64,000 nt of DNA from Octopus vulgaris (lineage: Eukaryota): the NCBI GenBank assembly GCA_951406725.2, contig OX597818.1, forward strand, positions 16,244,001 through 16,308,000, read 5' to 3'. Both the position numbers and the translations under genes were made by a program. Of the stretch, positions 12,471 to 24,317 are shown in pieces (position 1 is the first letter of the stretch; each line of letters starts with the position of its first letter). The notes beneath the pieces are model-generated. The model saw only the letters and a list, made by a program, of their open reading frames with translations. It was not told where the DNA came from and did no database searches.

Positions 12471-13616
12471 TCCAATGGCACACACACACACAAAGAACGA
12501 AATGTAATGTTGCAAATGTATAAGGAGAGGATGTAAAATTGATCATTATAAAACCACAAACAGAATTTACTAAAGATTTAAAGTATCATAGGAATAAAGT
12601 TACATCCTCATCGTAACTAGGCCAAGTTGATATATGTAAATAAACTAAGAAAGATATATAAAAGCTTGGACGAGGATGTTATATCGAAATACAGTTTTGT
12701 AATCATATAAGGACATATTGATTAGTAGAGAAAAGTAAACATCTTGAAAGATTGATTTCCGCAGAATGTTTACATTGCTGTTTATTAATAAGGTTCGTAC
12801 TCTCACATAATATTTCAAGGAACTCACCGGTTAGATCGTCTAATAATTGACAGGAGTATATAAAAATTGTTATTCTCCTTGAAATGAGGGATATGATTTA
12901 CAAACGAAGTGGAAGGTTTGCGCGTAATTTTAGAAAATTTATATAGCGCATCTATATTCGACATTACATCGCATGCAATCACCACCCAAGGACAGATTGT
13001 TAAGTATTCTACATTTACATTTATTTATATCATGTGGAAAATTACCATTAACACTAATAATTTTGTTACTATTGTTCATATTGTTCTCGATATTAATCAC
13101 TATTGCTATCAAACATACCAATACAATTATTATTACTGATATTATTCTTATAATAGTTATGAACATCAATACAATTATCTTTAATATATTTACAATTAGG
13201 AATGTTAATATTATTTTATTACTGTACTTAAAATAGTTATTATAGTTACAGATATTGTTGTTTTTACATAATATTATAACAACAATTATTCTGATATATC
13301 ATACATATAATAAAACATAATATGTGTTTCATCAGTTCCGCTGGGGAAAGAAGAGAAAAACAAACGGAGTGAGAGTGGGTGACAGTCAGAGACGCTAAAA
13401 ACATGCCAGCTGAATTTAAATACTTTGCTCTGAAAACGCTTGTTATTTTAACCAAATTAAGATTATAAATTTTTGTCGTAAATTGTACTTAATTTATCAG
13501 TTTATCAGTTTATATACTTACATATAAGAGACCAAAGTGTACGTACGCCGCTATATATATATATATATATATATATATACGTAAATAAATGGAGTTGAAC
13601 GCAGATGTTATTCAAA

Positions 13617-13718
13617 TTCTTTTACTTTCGACATATGTTTCGAATACAACATTCGTTTTATTCCAAAGGAATAAACTGTGTAAAATATTGCAATCTTCTC
13701 ATCAGGAAAGAAAGAGAA
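13617..13718 (-). ncRNA. Type I hammerhead ribozyme
   Basis: Minus strand reads stem I arm uucucuuucuuuc, CUGAUGA (13705-13699), 57-nt stem II closed by G-C, GAAA (13641-13638), C AUAU GUC (palindromic stem III, GUC triplet), then gaaaguaaaagaa pairing 11/13 with the first arm. Confidence 0.8.
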
Positions 13719-14370
13719 CCTATCTCAACAACAAGACAACATTACAATTTTGATGACTGTATTATATATATAATACAAATTGGGACAAGAACGCAAAACA
13801 TCCAGACAGTTGATACAAAAAAGGGACAACAAAACGTCCAGATAGACGATACAAAGAAAACAACGACGGGTCATTCGGAATTTTCTTTCCTCAGTCGAGT
13901 TCCAGATCATCTTTGCAATTTCGGCTGGTTATACTCGGGATTGCTCCAATCTGGCCAGCCCCAAGGAAAAATTAAGCTAAGAGCATTAGATTCCTTGGAA
14001 GAAAGCACCGAATGTATACAAAAGCAAGGATATATATATTACAGAGTCAGGAAAGTTAAGACAATTATTGCTTTTGCTGTTGTTTAATTCTGGGATTTCT
14101 CCGTGTGAAGTGAGTTTGTTTCTGTATTTCTATATCTACTTTTATCTCTGTCTCGTTATTCCCACCACTCCAACACCAGCTGTTGAACGGTGGACGAAGG
14201 ACAACCTCAAAGATCTCACAACCCCCCCCCCCCAACACACATAGATACATACAAATATGCGACGGTCTTCTTTCTGTTCCAGCATATCAAATCCACTCAG
14301 AAGGTTATATACACACATAAACATATTGTGTGTGTGTGTGTGTGTCTGTGTGTGTTTGTATGTGTGTCTG

Positions 14371-14875
<505 letters not shown>

Positions 14876-14922
14876 GCCCATATGTCGCGTCACTTTCTTA
14901 TTTCTCCAAGTAAGTTTTTAAG

Positions 14923-14995
<73 letters not shown>

Positions 14996-15009
14996 CACAC
15001 ACACATACA

Positions 15010-15305
15010 TGGAGGCGCAATGGCACAGTGGTTAGGACAGTGAACTGGCGGTCGTAGGATTGCTGTTTTGATTCCCAGACCGGGCGTTGTGAGTGTTTAT
15101 TGAACGAAAACACCTAAATCTCCACGAGGCTCCGGCAGGGGGTGGTGGCGATCCCTGCTGTACTCTGTCGCCACAACATTCTCTCATTCTTTCTTCTGTT
15201 GACCTGCTCGCTTAGCCAGCGGGGTGGAGACACTTGATGGCTAAAACAATGCGAAGCGCGTAGTGACCAGCGATGTGTAGCAACATCTGATAGCCTGGCC
15301 GGTCA
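15010..15305 (+). mobile_element. tRNA-derived SINE, family C
   Basis: tRNA-like head ggaggcgcaatggcacagtggttagg...ttgattccc followed by a non-tRNA body and A-rich tail. Confidence 0.65.
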
Positions 15306-17033
15306 AAAAAAAGAAAAAAAAAGATATATACATACATACAAGGTGTCCCAAAAAGATGTACTCTTTGACAGACGATTACTATATGAGACGAATACTAGAA
15401 AACTAAAACCTAAACTAATTTCGTATTAATATTAATATTAATAAGATCTCTTAACCATCAAAGTAAACTTTGTATTTTCTGAACAAGTGGCGGGAGGGAT
15501 GCGATATTATCATGTCTAAGCTCGAGTTTTAAAAAGATTTCTTTTTAAAAGTCGCTGATGCGATTGTATTGGGTCACCTCATAAATAATGCGGTTTTTGT
15601 TTCTTTGTGGGTTACTGTTTAGAACTTTGTCCCAATTATTTTCAAATTTGGTATATGGATTAAGTTTCGTATACTTATTATGAAAATGAAATTCATTTTT
15701 CCTATAAATTCATAACTAAAAAGTTATTAGCCTTTAGAATTTGCAAAATTTGGGTATTAAAGCCAGTCAGAAGCGAGTATCTTGCACATCGCCGTGGTAA
15801 AAAGCTCTGTTTTCATAGAAACCAAAGACGCTGCGCATGCGCACAAGGAGTAGATATGAGAAAGATGATCCACCATAATATTTCTCTTGTATTTTTCTCC
15901 GTCACAACATATGAATGAGAAAATAACGGGTGATAGATAAATAACAAAGGTAGGGGTGATGTCAAACTGGTAGTGGGAACGTTTCAACTCTGTGTGAGTA
16001 TGTGTGTGTGTAAGTAAAAGGGAGGTATGTGAATGTGTGTGTGTGCGCGCGCGCACGCGTGCGTGTGTGTATGTTTAATGGAAGTGGAATGGTGAACATT
16101 CAACGCTGAAGAGAAAAATCAAACAGCGTTTCAACTCTGTGTGATCATATGTGTCTATGTGTGTGAGTGTTTAAGGGGAAGTATGCGAATATTTGTATGC
16201 GTGAAAGCTTTTAAATATTTAATTTGCTCGCGAATGTTTTAATGTTAACTTCATCCGTGTATAAATTAACGTTTTGACTGTTATTTCTAGCAATGTTTTG
16301 ACATGCCGATACACCACCTCCCTGATGATGGAAGAGGCAGCGAACGCACTGTTTTCTGATTGGCTGAAAATTTTGAAAATTATCAAACTTTGAACACCTG
16401 TAATATTTTTGCAAAATTTTGTCTAGAATAAATGAACAATAAATTCGGATTAAGCGTCAAAAGTTACATCTATATGATACATAAAAACAAAAATTAAGAT
16501 AACTGTAAACAGTGACGAAAACCACAACGATCCCGGTTTTCTTATACTTCTTTTATTTTTCAAAATTAAGATAAACAAATTTCTTTTTTAATCTAAAATA
16601 TACTCTCTTTCATTTTCTACAACACTCTTCCATCTAACTGGTAGACTTGCCAGGCCCCTCTTCCAAAATCCACTTGGAAGTAACGAAACTACTTCTCCAG
16701 TACTGATCTGATCTCGACTACAGAATTCATATTTTTTTCCGTTCGAACGATTTTGAAGACTACGAAATAATTGATAATCAGATGGGGCAATTACTACCTG
16801 CCTTTATAACAAGTTGATTCAGGCAGTTTATTTCGTCCCCCTCCGACTTTTAGTTCGTGCAATTGGGAAAACTGCGTCATTTCTGGGATGACCCAATGAA
16901 TGTGACATTCACAGGCATAGGCACACACACAGACACACATAGAATTATCTCATTGTCTATCTTTCTATGTATCTATATACATTTCCCTCTTTCTCTTTTT
17001 CTCTCTCAATCTCTCTGCATATATGCGTGTGCA

Positions 17034-17505
17034 TGGAGGCGCGCGGCTTAGTGGTTAGAGTGTTGAACTCATGATCGTAAGGTTGTGGTTTCGATTCCTG
17101 GACCGGGCGATGCGTTGTGTTCTTGAGTAAAACATTTCATTTTACGTTGCTCCAGTCCACTCAGCTGGCAAAAATGAGTAATCCTGCGACGGACCGGCGT
17201 CCCGTCCAGGTGAGGAATTTCTACGCCAATGAAACCAGGAAACCGGCCCGTATGAACCTGGCATGGCTCGAGAAGGAACATTTAGTGGAGGCTCGTGGCT
17301 TAGTGGTTAGGGTGTCAGCATCATGATCGTAAGATTGTGGTTTCGATTCCTGGATCGGGCGACGCGTTGTGTTTTTGAGCAAAACACTTCATTTCACGCT
17401 GTTCCAGTCCACTCAGCTGGCAAAAATGAGTAACGCTGCGATGGACTGGCGTCCCATCCAGCTGGGGAACACATACGACATTGAAACTGGGAAACCGGGC
17501 CCATT
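17034..17505 (+). mobile_element. Two tandem tRNA-derived SINEs, family D (17034-17280, 17288-17505)
   Basis: Two similar copies with tggcttagtggttag A-box, ggtttcgattcc B-box and ttgagcaaaacacttcatttcacg...ccagtccactcagctggcaaaaatgagta body. Confidence 0.8.
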
Positions 17506-17515
17506 AGCCTTTATC

Positions 17516-17549
<34 letters not shown>

Positions 17550-17552
17550 ATA

Positions 17553-17915
17553 TCCGCTCAGTCGAAGTCGACTCTCGGTCACTCGTTGGATCAGTGTCCT
17601 CCAGTCAGTTCTATCCTGGGCCGCTTCCTTCAGACTGGCCATGTTCATTCCGGTATCACTCCTGATGGTGTCAAGCCAGCGGGTTCTTGGTCTGCCTCTT
17701 CCTCCATTGCCACTGACCATTCCGAGCATGATGTCCTTCTCCGGGGATTTTCTCCGCATAATATGACCGAAATATGCCAATCTACGCTTGGTGATCCCAG
17801 CTTCTAGCGACATTTTCGGCCTTATCTGCTTAAGAACTTCTCCATTGGTGAACCTCGCTGTCCATGGAATCCACAAAAGTCTTCTCCAACACCAAAGCTC
17901 GAATGCATTAATTCT
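17553..17915 (-). mobile_element. 5'-truncated RTE-clade (BovB-like) LINE, 3' end
   Basis: RINAFELWCWRRLL.IPWTAR..N.EVL...LAYFGHIMRR...GRGRPRTRWLD, the typical RTE ORF C-terminus; (TA)n tail. Confidence 0.85.
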
Positions 17916-17942
17916 ATCACCCTATTTCTATTTGTCTCACGC

Positions 17943-18041
<99 letters not shown>

Positions 18042-18310
18042 CTCAAACTGTTTATCCATCCATATATTCATCTCTCTATCCTTCTCACTCTCTACTGGAT
18101 ATAAATTTTCGTCTAAATGTTGTCGTTTATGAAAAACTGTTTCTTCCCTCCCTTCTTCCCTCTTTCAACTTATTTGCCAGAGTACCCATTTGTGTTACTG
18201 TTTTATTTATTTTATTGTTGTTGCTGTTGTTGTGTTTATGATGATGATGACGAGTAGATCTTTTGTAGAGCTACTCATCAACCATATCAACAACAATAAA
18301 TACACACACA
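17912..18310. repeat. Right arm of inverted duplication (partner 14371-14875)
   Basis: Reverse complement of 14371-14875. Confidence 0.9.
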
Positions 18311-19038
18311 CATACACATAGAAGCATACACGCACACACTCACACACACGCACGCGCGCACACCATCGTAACGTCTGAAATACAAACGCAGATTAAATCT
18401 TTAGAGGGAAGGTAGCCGCATAAAAAATTACCTGCTCTTGCTATCAATTACTAATTTCCAATGAGAAAATTTTACTACACCCAAAAGACATTTTTTGCAT
18501 TTCACTCATTTTTAGGTTAAAATATCTAGTTTTTTCATCTTTATTCCAGGTATTTGTTACTATTACCAAGGTTCCAATAAAAACCGCCGGTATCATAATA
18601 ATCTGTCTGCAGTACTCTAGGATATCACACTTCAGGTTGGTGTAACATTCTATATTTTCAAAATTCCGTGTTAGATGTGCATATAGCGTTAATTACAATG
18701 CCTAGTTTCTTCAAAGACTAAGATATCGTGTTCGGTTCGGTTCTGTTCTGTTCTTTCAATTTTTTATAGAAAAGTCTCACAAGCTCACTTCATTGTTTAC
18801 AAGGACTAGCGGTTCTATTCTCTGTCCTCCATGTCTTGGACCCTTTTGGTCAATAAAAGAAATTATCATTATTGTTATTATTTTCATTGATGCTTTCTGT
18901 CTGACAGATGTTATCCTGAAACTATACCAAAAGAACGAGCTACATCAAATTGCCAAAGGTCCTTTGCGTCATTCCTTCGCCTTCAACTTATGCACTGAGA
19001 AATAAGCTATATTAAATCTCTGAGCGAGATGTGAACAT

Positions 19039-19448
19039 AGGCGGAAGAGTGGCTATGTGGTAAGTAGCTTGCTTACCAGCCACATGGTTCTGAGTTCAGT
19101 CCCATTGCGTGGCACCTTGGGCAAGTGTCTTCTACTGTAGCCTCGGACCGACCAAAGCCATGTGAGTGGATTTGGTAGACGGAAACTGAAAGAAGCCCGT
19201 CGTATACACATATATGTGTGTATATATGTGCGTGTGTGTGTGTTTGTGTTCTGTGTTTGTCCCCATCACCATCGCTTGACAACCGATGTCGGTGTGTTTG
19301 CGTCCTCCTAACTTAGTGGTTCGGCAAAAGAGACCAATAGAATAAGTAGTAGGCTTACAAAGAATAAGTCCTGGGGTTGATCTGTTCGACTAAAAGCGAT
19401 GCTCCAGCATGGCCGCAGTTAAATGACTGAAACAAATAAAAGAATAAA
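19039..19448 (+). mobile_element. tRNA-derived SINE, family B
   Basis: Full-length match to 32704-33105; a partial inverted copy lies at 20383-20495. Confidence 0.85.
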
Positions 19449-19569
19449 GTAGCAGTACGGAATCGTGATATATAACAGGTTTGTTGGCGCTCCTGGTGTC
19501 TTGCATTCTTAGCGGGCTTTCTACCTGCAGCCTACGGTACCACGCTATCCATTCTTTTCAACTATCTAA

Positions 19570-19910
19570 TAATTTCCTGATTATTCTGGCCGTGTCAAGG
19601 AAAACCTTTTGTAACAGTTCTTTATATTCCCTTTGATGCCTTCTGATGCTGTTCCCAAAGCCCCAACAATAATTAGCACTGTATTCCACTTCATTTTCCA
19701 TAGCGGAGCTATTTCGTACTTAGGGGGTTGTATCTCTCTATGTTTTCGCCTTCCTTCTCGACTATTCGTGGATCAAATCGGCATGCAACATCAACTATAT
19801 AGCGTATGTGTTACACCTTCTCTACCATCACTAGGTCTGTTATACTCTAGCACCTGATCTGTTTAGATTGGGAAATTCCAGAGGATTTTGCTAGTTGCGA
19901 AAGACTGATA
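19570..19910 (-). mobile_element. R4/Dong-like LINE 3' fragment (RLE domain)
   Basis: Minus-strand IIVGALGT and LDTARIIRK-like motifs shared with the LINEs at 35-46 kb. Confidence 0.6.
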
Positions 19911-20265
19911 TCTGAAAAAAGGAGACCGAGAGTAGGAAAACAAAAATAAGAAACAAGTGGAAATTTTACCGGTAAGTGTGTTAAATTATAAGGCACAAAA
20001 AGAAAATGTCTCTCCCCAGACACAACAAAATGCTAAAAATATTTTATTATTATTATAGTTATTAATTATTATGCTATAAAACTTATATGAAAATAAAGGT
20101 TATAATACAATGAATATTTTAACATAATGTATACGTAATTTGAAAAAGTTAATGGAAATTACGGAATTGAAAAAATCGATTTTTCTAATACGGAATCAAC
20201 TAGAGTCAAGTCTCGTTTGAGCTCAACCCAACATTTTGTTGGATCAAGCACATTTAGTGTTTGAC

Positions 20266-20349
<84 letters not shown>

Positions 20350-20494
20350 TATATAATTGGGTCAAAGAATATATATATATATTCATTTATTCTTTTACTT
20401 GTTTCAGTCATTTGACTGCGGCCCTGCTGAAGCACCACTTTTGGTCGAACAAATCCACCCCGGGACTTATTCTTTGTAAGTCTAGTACTTATTC

Positions 20495-20550
<56 letters not shown>

Positions 20551-20594
20551 TGTTTGTATGTATGCATGTATGTATGTTTACATATATATATGTA

Positions 20595-21463
20595 CGAGGT
20601 CTGATCAATAAGTATCCGGACTGTTGCCATAGCAACGAAGCTGAAGTAAATCCGCTTGTCAAAGATTGACCTTGAACTCTGCTGTGCATGTGCACTAAGT
20701 TTTTTAACGTTCCAACTCAATTCCGTTGTTTACAGCAGTGCATGGAAGGAAGGTGTGTAGTGTGCGATCGCCGCATTGACCGTGACAGAGAAAGTTGTCA
20801 TGGCGATACCTGCTCAGAGGCCTACGCAAAGTTGCAGAAAGCGGAGAGAGAGAAGTGTATGAGCCTCACACAAGTGTACGAGTGGTTCAGACGTTTCTAA
20901 GATGGACGAAAAGATGTCGATATTGAACATTCTGGGATACCCGCAACCAGCAGAACTGAAAAAAACATCAAAGTGTTTGCAGTTGTAAGGAGAAATCGTC
21001 GCACCACTATCCGTGAGTTATCAGAGGACGTGCAGATTAGTTACCGTTCAATTCGGTCCATTGTCACTGAAGATTTGGGTATGAAACGCGTGTCTGCCAA
21101 GTTTGTGCCAACACTGCTTTCAGCTGACCTATACGACACTCGGGTTGGTTACAAAAGATCTTGATTGTGTCGAGAACGATGAAAACTTATCGAAAACTTT
21201 GCGTAGGTCTCTGAGCAGGTATCACCAAGCTTATGGCAAAATTTGATGCCGATTCTCTGCTCAACATTTTTCTGTCATGGTCAATGCGACGATCGCACGC
21301 TATATACCTTCCTTCCAAGCAACAGCAGAAGTGAGCTAGATCGTTAAAACTTTGTGCACATGCAAAGCAGCGTTCATGGTCAATCTGTACCAAGCAGCTT
21401 TACTCTGTGTACTTTAGATTCTTTACCATGATAACAGTCCGGATACTTATTGATCAGACCTCA
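20595..21463. mobile_element. Mariner-derived foldback/MITE-like element
   Basis: TIR gaggtctgatcaataagtatccggactgtt at both ends with TA flanks; ~240-bp extended inverted arms; central transposase N-terminal remnants (QVYEWFRRF, EDLGMKRVSAKFVP). Confidence 0.85.
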
Positions 21464-21749
21464 TATATATATACATATATATTTCTTTTCCCTTATGAAT
21501 ATAACAAGTTCTCTATCCCTCATTTATTTAATATAATAGTTAAATTATTTATTTTGATACATCAGCTGATAGTAAGGGTTTCAACGTGTATTCTCTATTT
21601 GATTAATATAGTATTATTAGTTCTAGATATTTATTTACTTAATGTCGATTTAATTATATTTATTTGGAATTACTAGACGTATGTCTATTCCTATAATGTC
21701 TATCAAATTTTATTTATTTGAATTTATTATACGTATATTTAATTCTATG

Positions 21750-24160
21750 TAAGCAACAAAAACCTCTGTCTCTTTTGCTGTTGTTTAATTTGTCCTTGGA
21801 TGTAATGATCTGGAAAATTTCCTCAACGCAAAAGTCACATCTCTCGCTTCCAATACTTTAAGATTTTGCCCTGCTAATTACTTCCCACTTCAGAGTATAT
21901 TCTTTATATTTTTCCTTAATTTCCCAAATTAATCTACTTGAACTAGTGCTAGATTCTTACCTCTTATCCCTAAAGGTGCTTTTATGGTTGGCTATCCTAC
22001 TTTTTATATACTTTTCCGTGGAACCTATATAGTAGTAACCCTGGCCCTCCGACGTTACTTTACACCTATATATTATACATTTTTCACTACAAAAATTTTT
22101 TAATGGCCATCTATTTTTATTGGAACAATCACAGATGGTTTTATTTTCAGGAACTTCACTGTTTCCTTACTACTAATGTTATGCCTATTTTTCCCGTTTT
22201 CAGAGCTAATTTCTTTATGTTTATTTCTTGTGTTATGAGTCTTAGCTAAAGACTTATTATCTTCTTCTTTCCTTATCTTATTCATCTTAATATTTATATT
22301 GTAGCTCATTCTATGCTCGTTGTTGCTACTATAAGTATCAGCGCATATATTTCAATTATTTGTATTGATGTTTTTATTATAATTTTTGTTATTATTATTA
22401 CATTTTTACTCTCCTTTTTGTAGGCTGCAAGTTTACATTTTTCGGTCTTAGTGAGGAGATGTTAAGGGTTATTTCCCTTGCTTCGTTTATTGTGTATTTC
22501 TTACTATCGCTATGGTCTTTGTAATTCTGGCCGTTAAGTAAATCATTTGTATTTTCCTTACTCCTATTATTGAAGAAATTATTTAATTTTTTAGTATTTA
22601 GAGTAGACATAATTTGTGCAATGTTTTTTGAAACGCAGAAACTCGCCCTTAATTTGTGTGAGTTTATTGTTTTGTGATATTTGTTTTCCTTTGAAAATGT
22701 TTGGCTACGGCTTTGTAAAATAATTTCCCTATATTGGTTATAATTTGTTCGGCAAATGGTATTATGAACTATACTACTGTAAATCCTCGAGTATAGTCCA
22801 CCCTTGAGTATAATACGCAGGGGATTTTTAGGGGCCGTACTTCTGAAAAACCTTAACCTTGTGTATAATACGCACTCCTTCTCTAACTTGAGTCAAGGAG
22901 GTCTATATAATGTCCTTTGTTTGTAAAAATGTATACGGTAACGTCCTTTATTATTATTGTACGTATAACATAATGCAAACGTGTAACTTTGTTGTGCATT
23001 TTGTTTGCAGAAAATAAAGAAATAACAGTAATAACAGTAATAACGTTTAATAAATGTTGCTTACTGCAAGTTGTGAATGATTCTTTTATGACTTCATTGC
23101 TTTCAGACTTAGCTTAAGGTATTTTCGCGCCCGACATTTCAAAATGCGTCTAAATAAACATTGCCGGACAGCAAATAGAGACTCGGACATTGCTTAGAAA
23201 ATAACTTTCATTTTAAATCTCGTATATAGTACGCACTAGGGATTTTGACCATTAAATTTTGGGAAAATAATGCGGATTATACTCGAGGATTTACGGTATA
23301 TTAGTTTCAAAGTAATTCCTTTTAGAGTAAATTTCCTGCAGTTAATTACTTTTATACATGGGGTGCAATGTTTAACAGAATTGCTATGCATATTACCGTT
23401 TAGGTTTTCAATTACTACCTTTTGTTATTTTATCCTATTTAGGTTTTCACTTAAATAGTCACAATTTTCATTATTATATTTTATTTTTAGCCTTCTTTCT
23501 ATTATCTTTAAATTTTATTAGTTCCTTAGCGTTTCTATCCTTGTTATTTGTTTTTGGTTCACTTATACCTTCTATTTGTTTCTTGATGTTTATTCTTATA
23601 TTATTCTCATCTATTTTATATAGAATTCCATCTGTATTCATTTATTCCTTATGTTTATTTTCCTCTATTCTAATTTCATTATTGTGAATATCGTTTTGTG
23701 CATAGTTCTTATTAGAATTTACGTTTGGTTAATAGTATTTTTGCTTGTATCTTACTTCATGCATATAGTTCCTATTGTTAGAGTTATCCTTTGGTCCATG
23801 GCATTCTAATGTTTGCTTGTATCCTGCTTTATTTAGTACTATGTCATAATAGTCCATATTCTATTTTTTAAAAGTCCTCATTTGTCGAGAGATTTAAAAT
23901 CCTTTTTAATATATCTTCAACTAGTCCTTGTGTAATGCTTCTTGGATGGTTACTATTTATGCTAGTGTATCTTAGGTTGGTATTCGGTTTATGGTAGGGT
24001 TTATATATCCCTGTTTCTAGATTGAGGTTAACGTCCAAGACGTTGATAGAGTTGTGTTTATTTTCGATAGTTATGGCAGTTTTGCTGACGTCAGTCAATG
24101 AATTTCATGTGGAGCTGTTAAGTATCATCGGATTGTGTATATGTCTTTATCGAAGTTATC
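21750..24160 (-). mobile_element. Decayed Penelope-like retroelement (RT C-terminus + GIY-YIG endonuclease)
   Basis: LDVNLNLETGIYKPYHKPNTNLRY..NSNHP (23868-24098); IIYRCKVT...YYIGST..IKSRIANHK near 21980-22075. Confidence 0.8.
22777..23296. mobile_element. MITE (Tc1/mariner-pogo type) nested in the Penelope-like element
   Basis: TIRs c(t/c)gtaaatcctcgagtata at 22777 and reverse complement ending at 23296; TA on both sides. Confidence 0.85.
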
Positions 24161-24274
24161 ACCACAATTTGAAAGATTTTTTTCTACTTAAAAAAGCCTT
24201 CTAATTCCAAGAAATCGGCTATAGAAATATTCTTCGTTTCAAATGAAACTGAAATGAAACCTTGTTGTTATGTA

Positions 24275-24298
24275 TGTTCTATTTTTTTTTATTTACAG
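24275..24298 (+). promoter_or_regulatory. Splice acceptor of a 5'-UTR intron of paralogue 2
   Basis: tgttctattttttttttatttacAG-type polypyrimidine tract ending at 24298, 19 nt upstream of gccATG at 24318. Confidence 0.75.
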
Positions 24299-24317
24299 AC
24301 AACTTAATATTGCTGCC

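Noticed and set aside
15337-16540. Possible DNA transposon(s) starting at tacaaggtgtcccaaaaag and attgggtcacctcataaataatgcgg
   Set aside because: TIR-like starts seen, but I could not identify matching ends or transposase sequence
15010-17360. tRNA genes at the SINE heads (15010, 17034, 17288; also 19039, 32704, 46547)
   Set aside because: A/B boxes are present but there is no clean acceptor stem or cloverleaf, and each continues into a repeated SINE body
24270-24317. 16-aa N-terminal extension of paralogue 2 in the ORF track
   Set aside because: It translates the polypyrimidine tract and acceptor (YVLFFFIY); homology and the 19-nt spacing place the start at 24318
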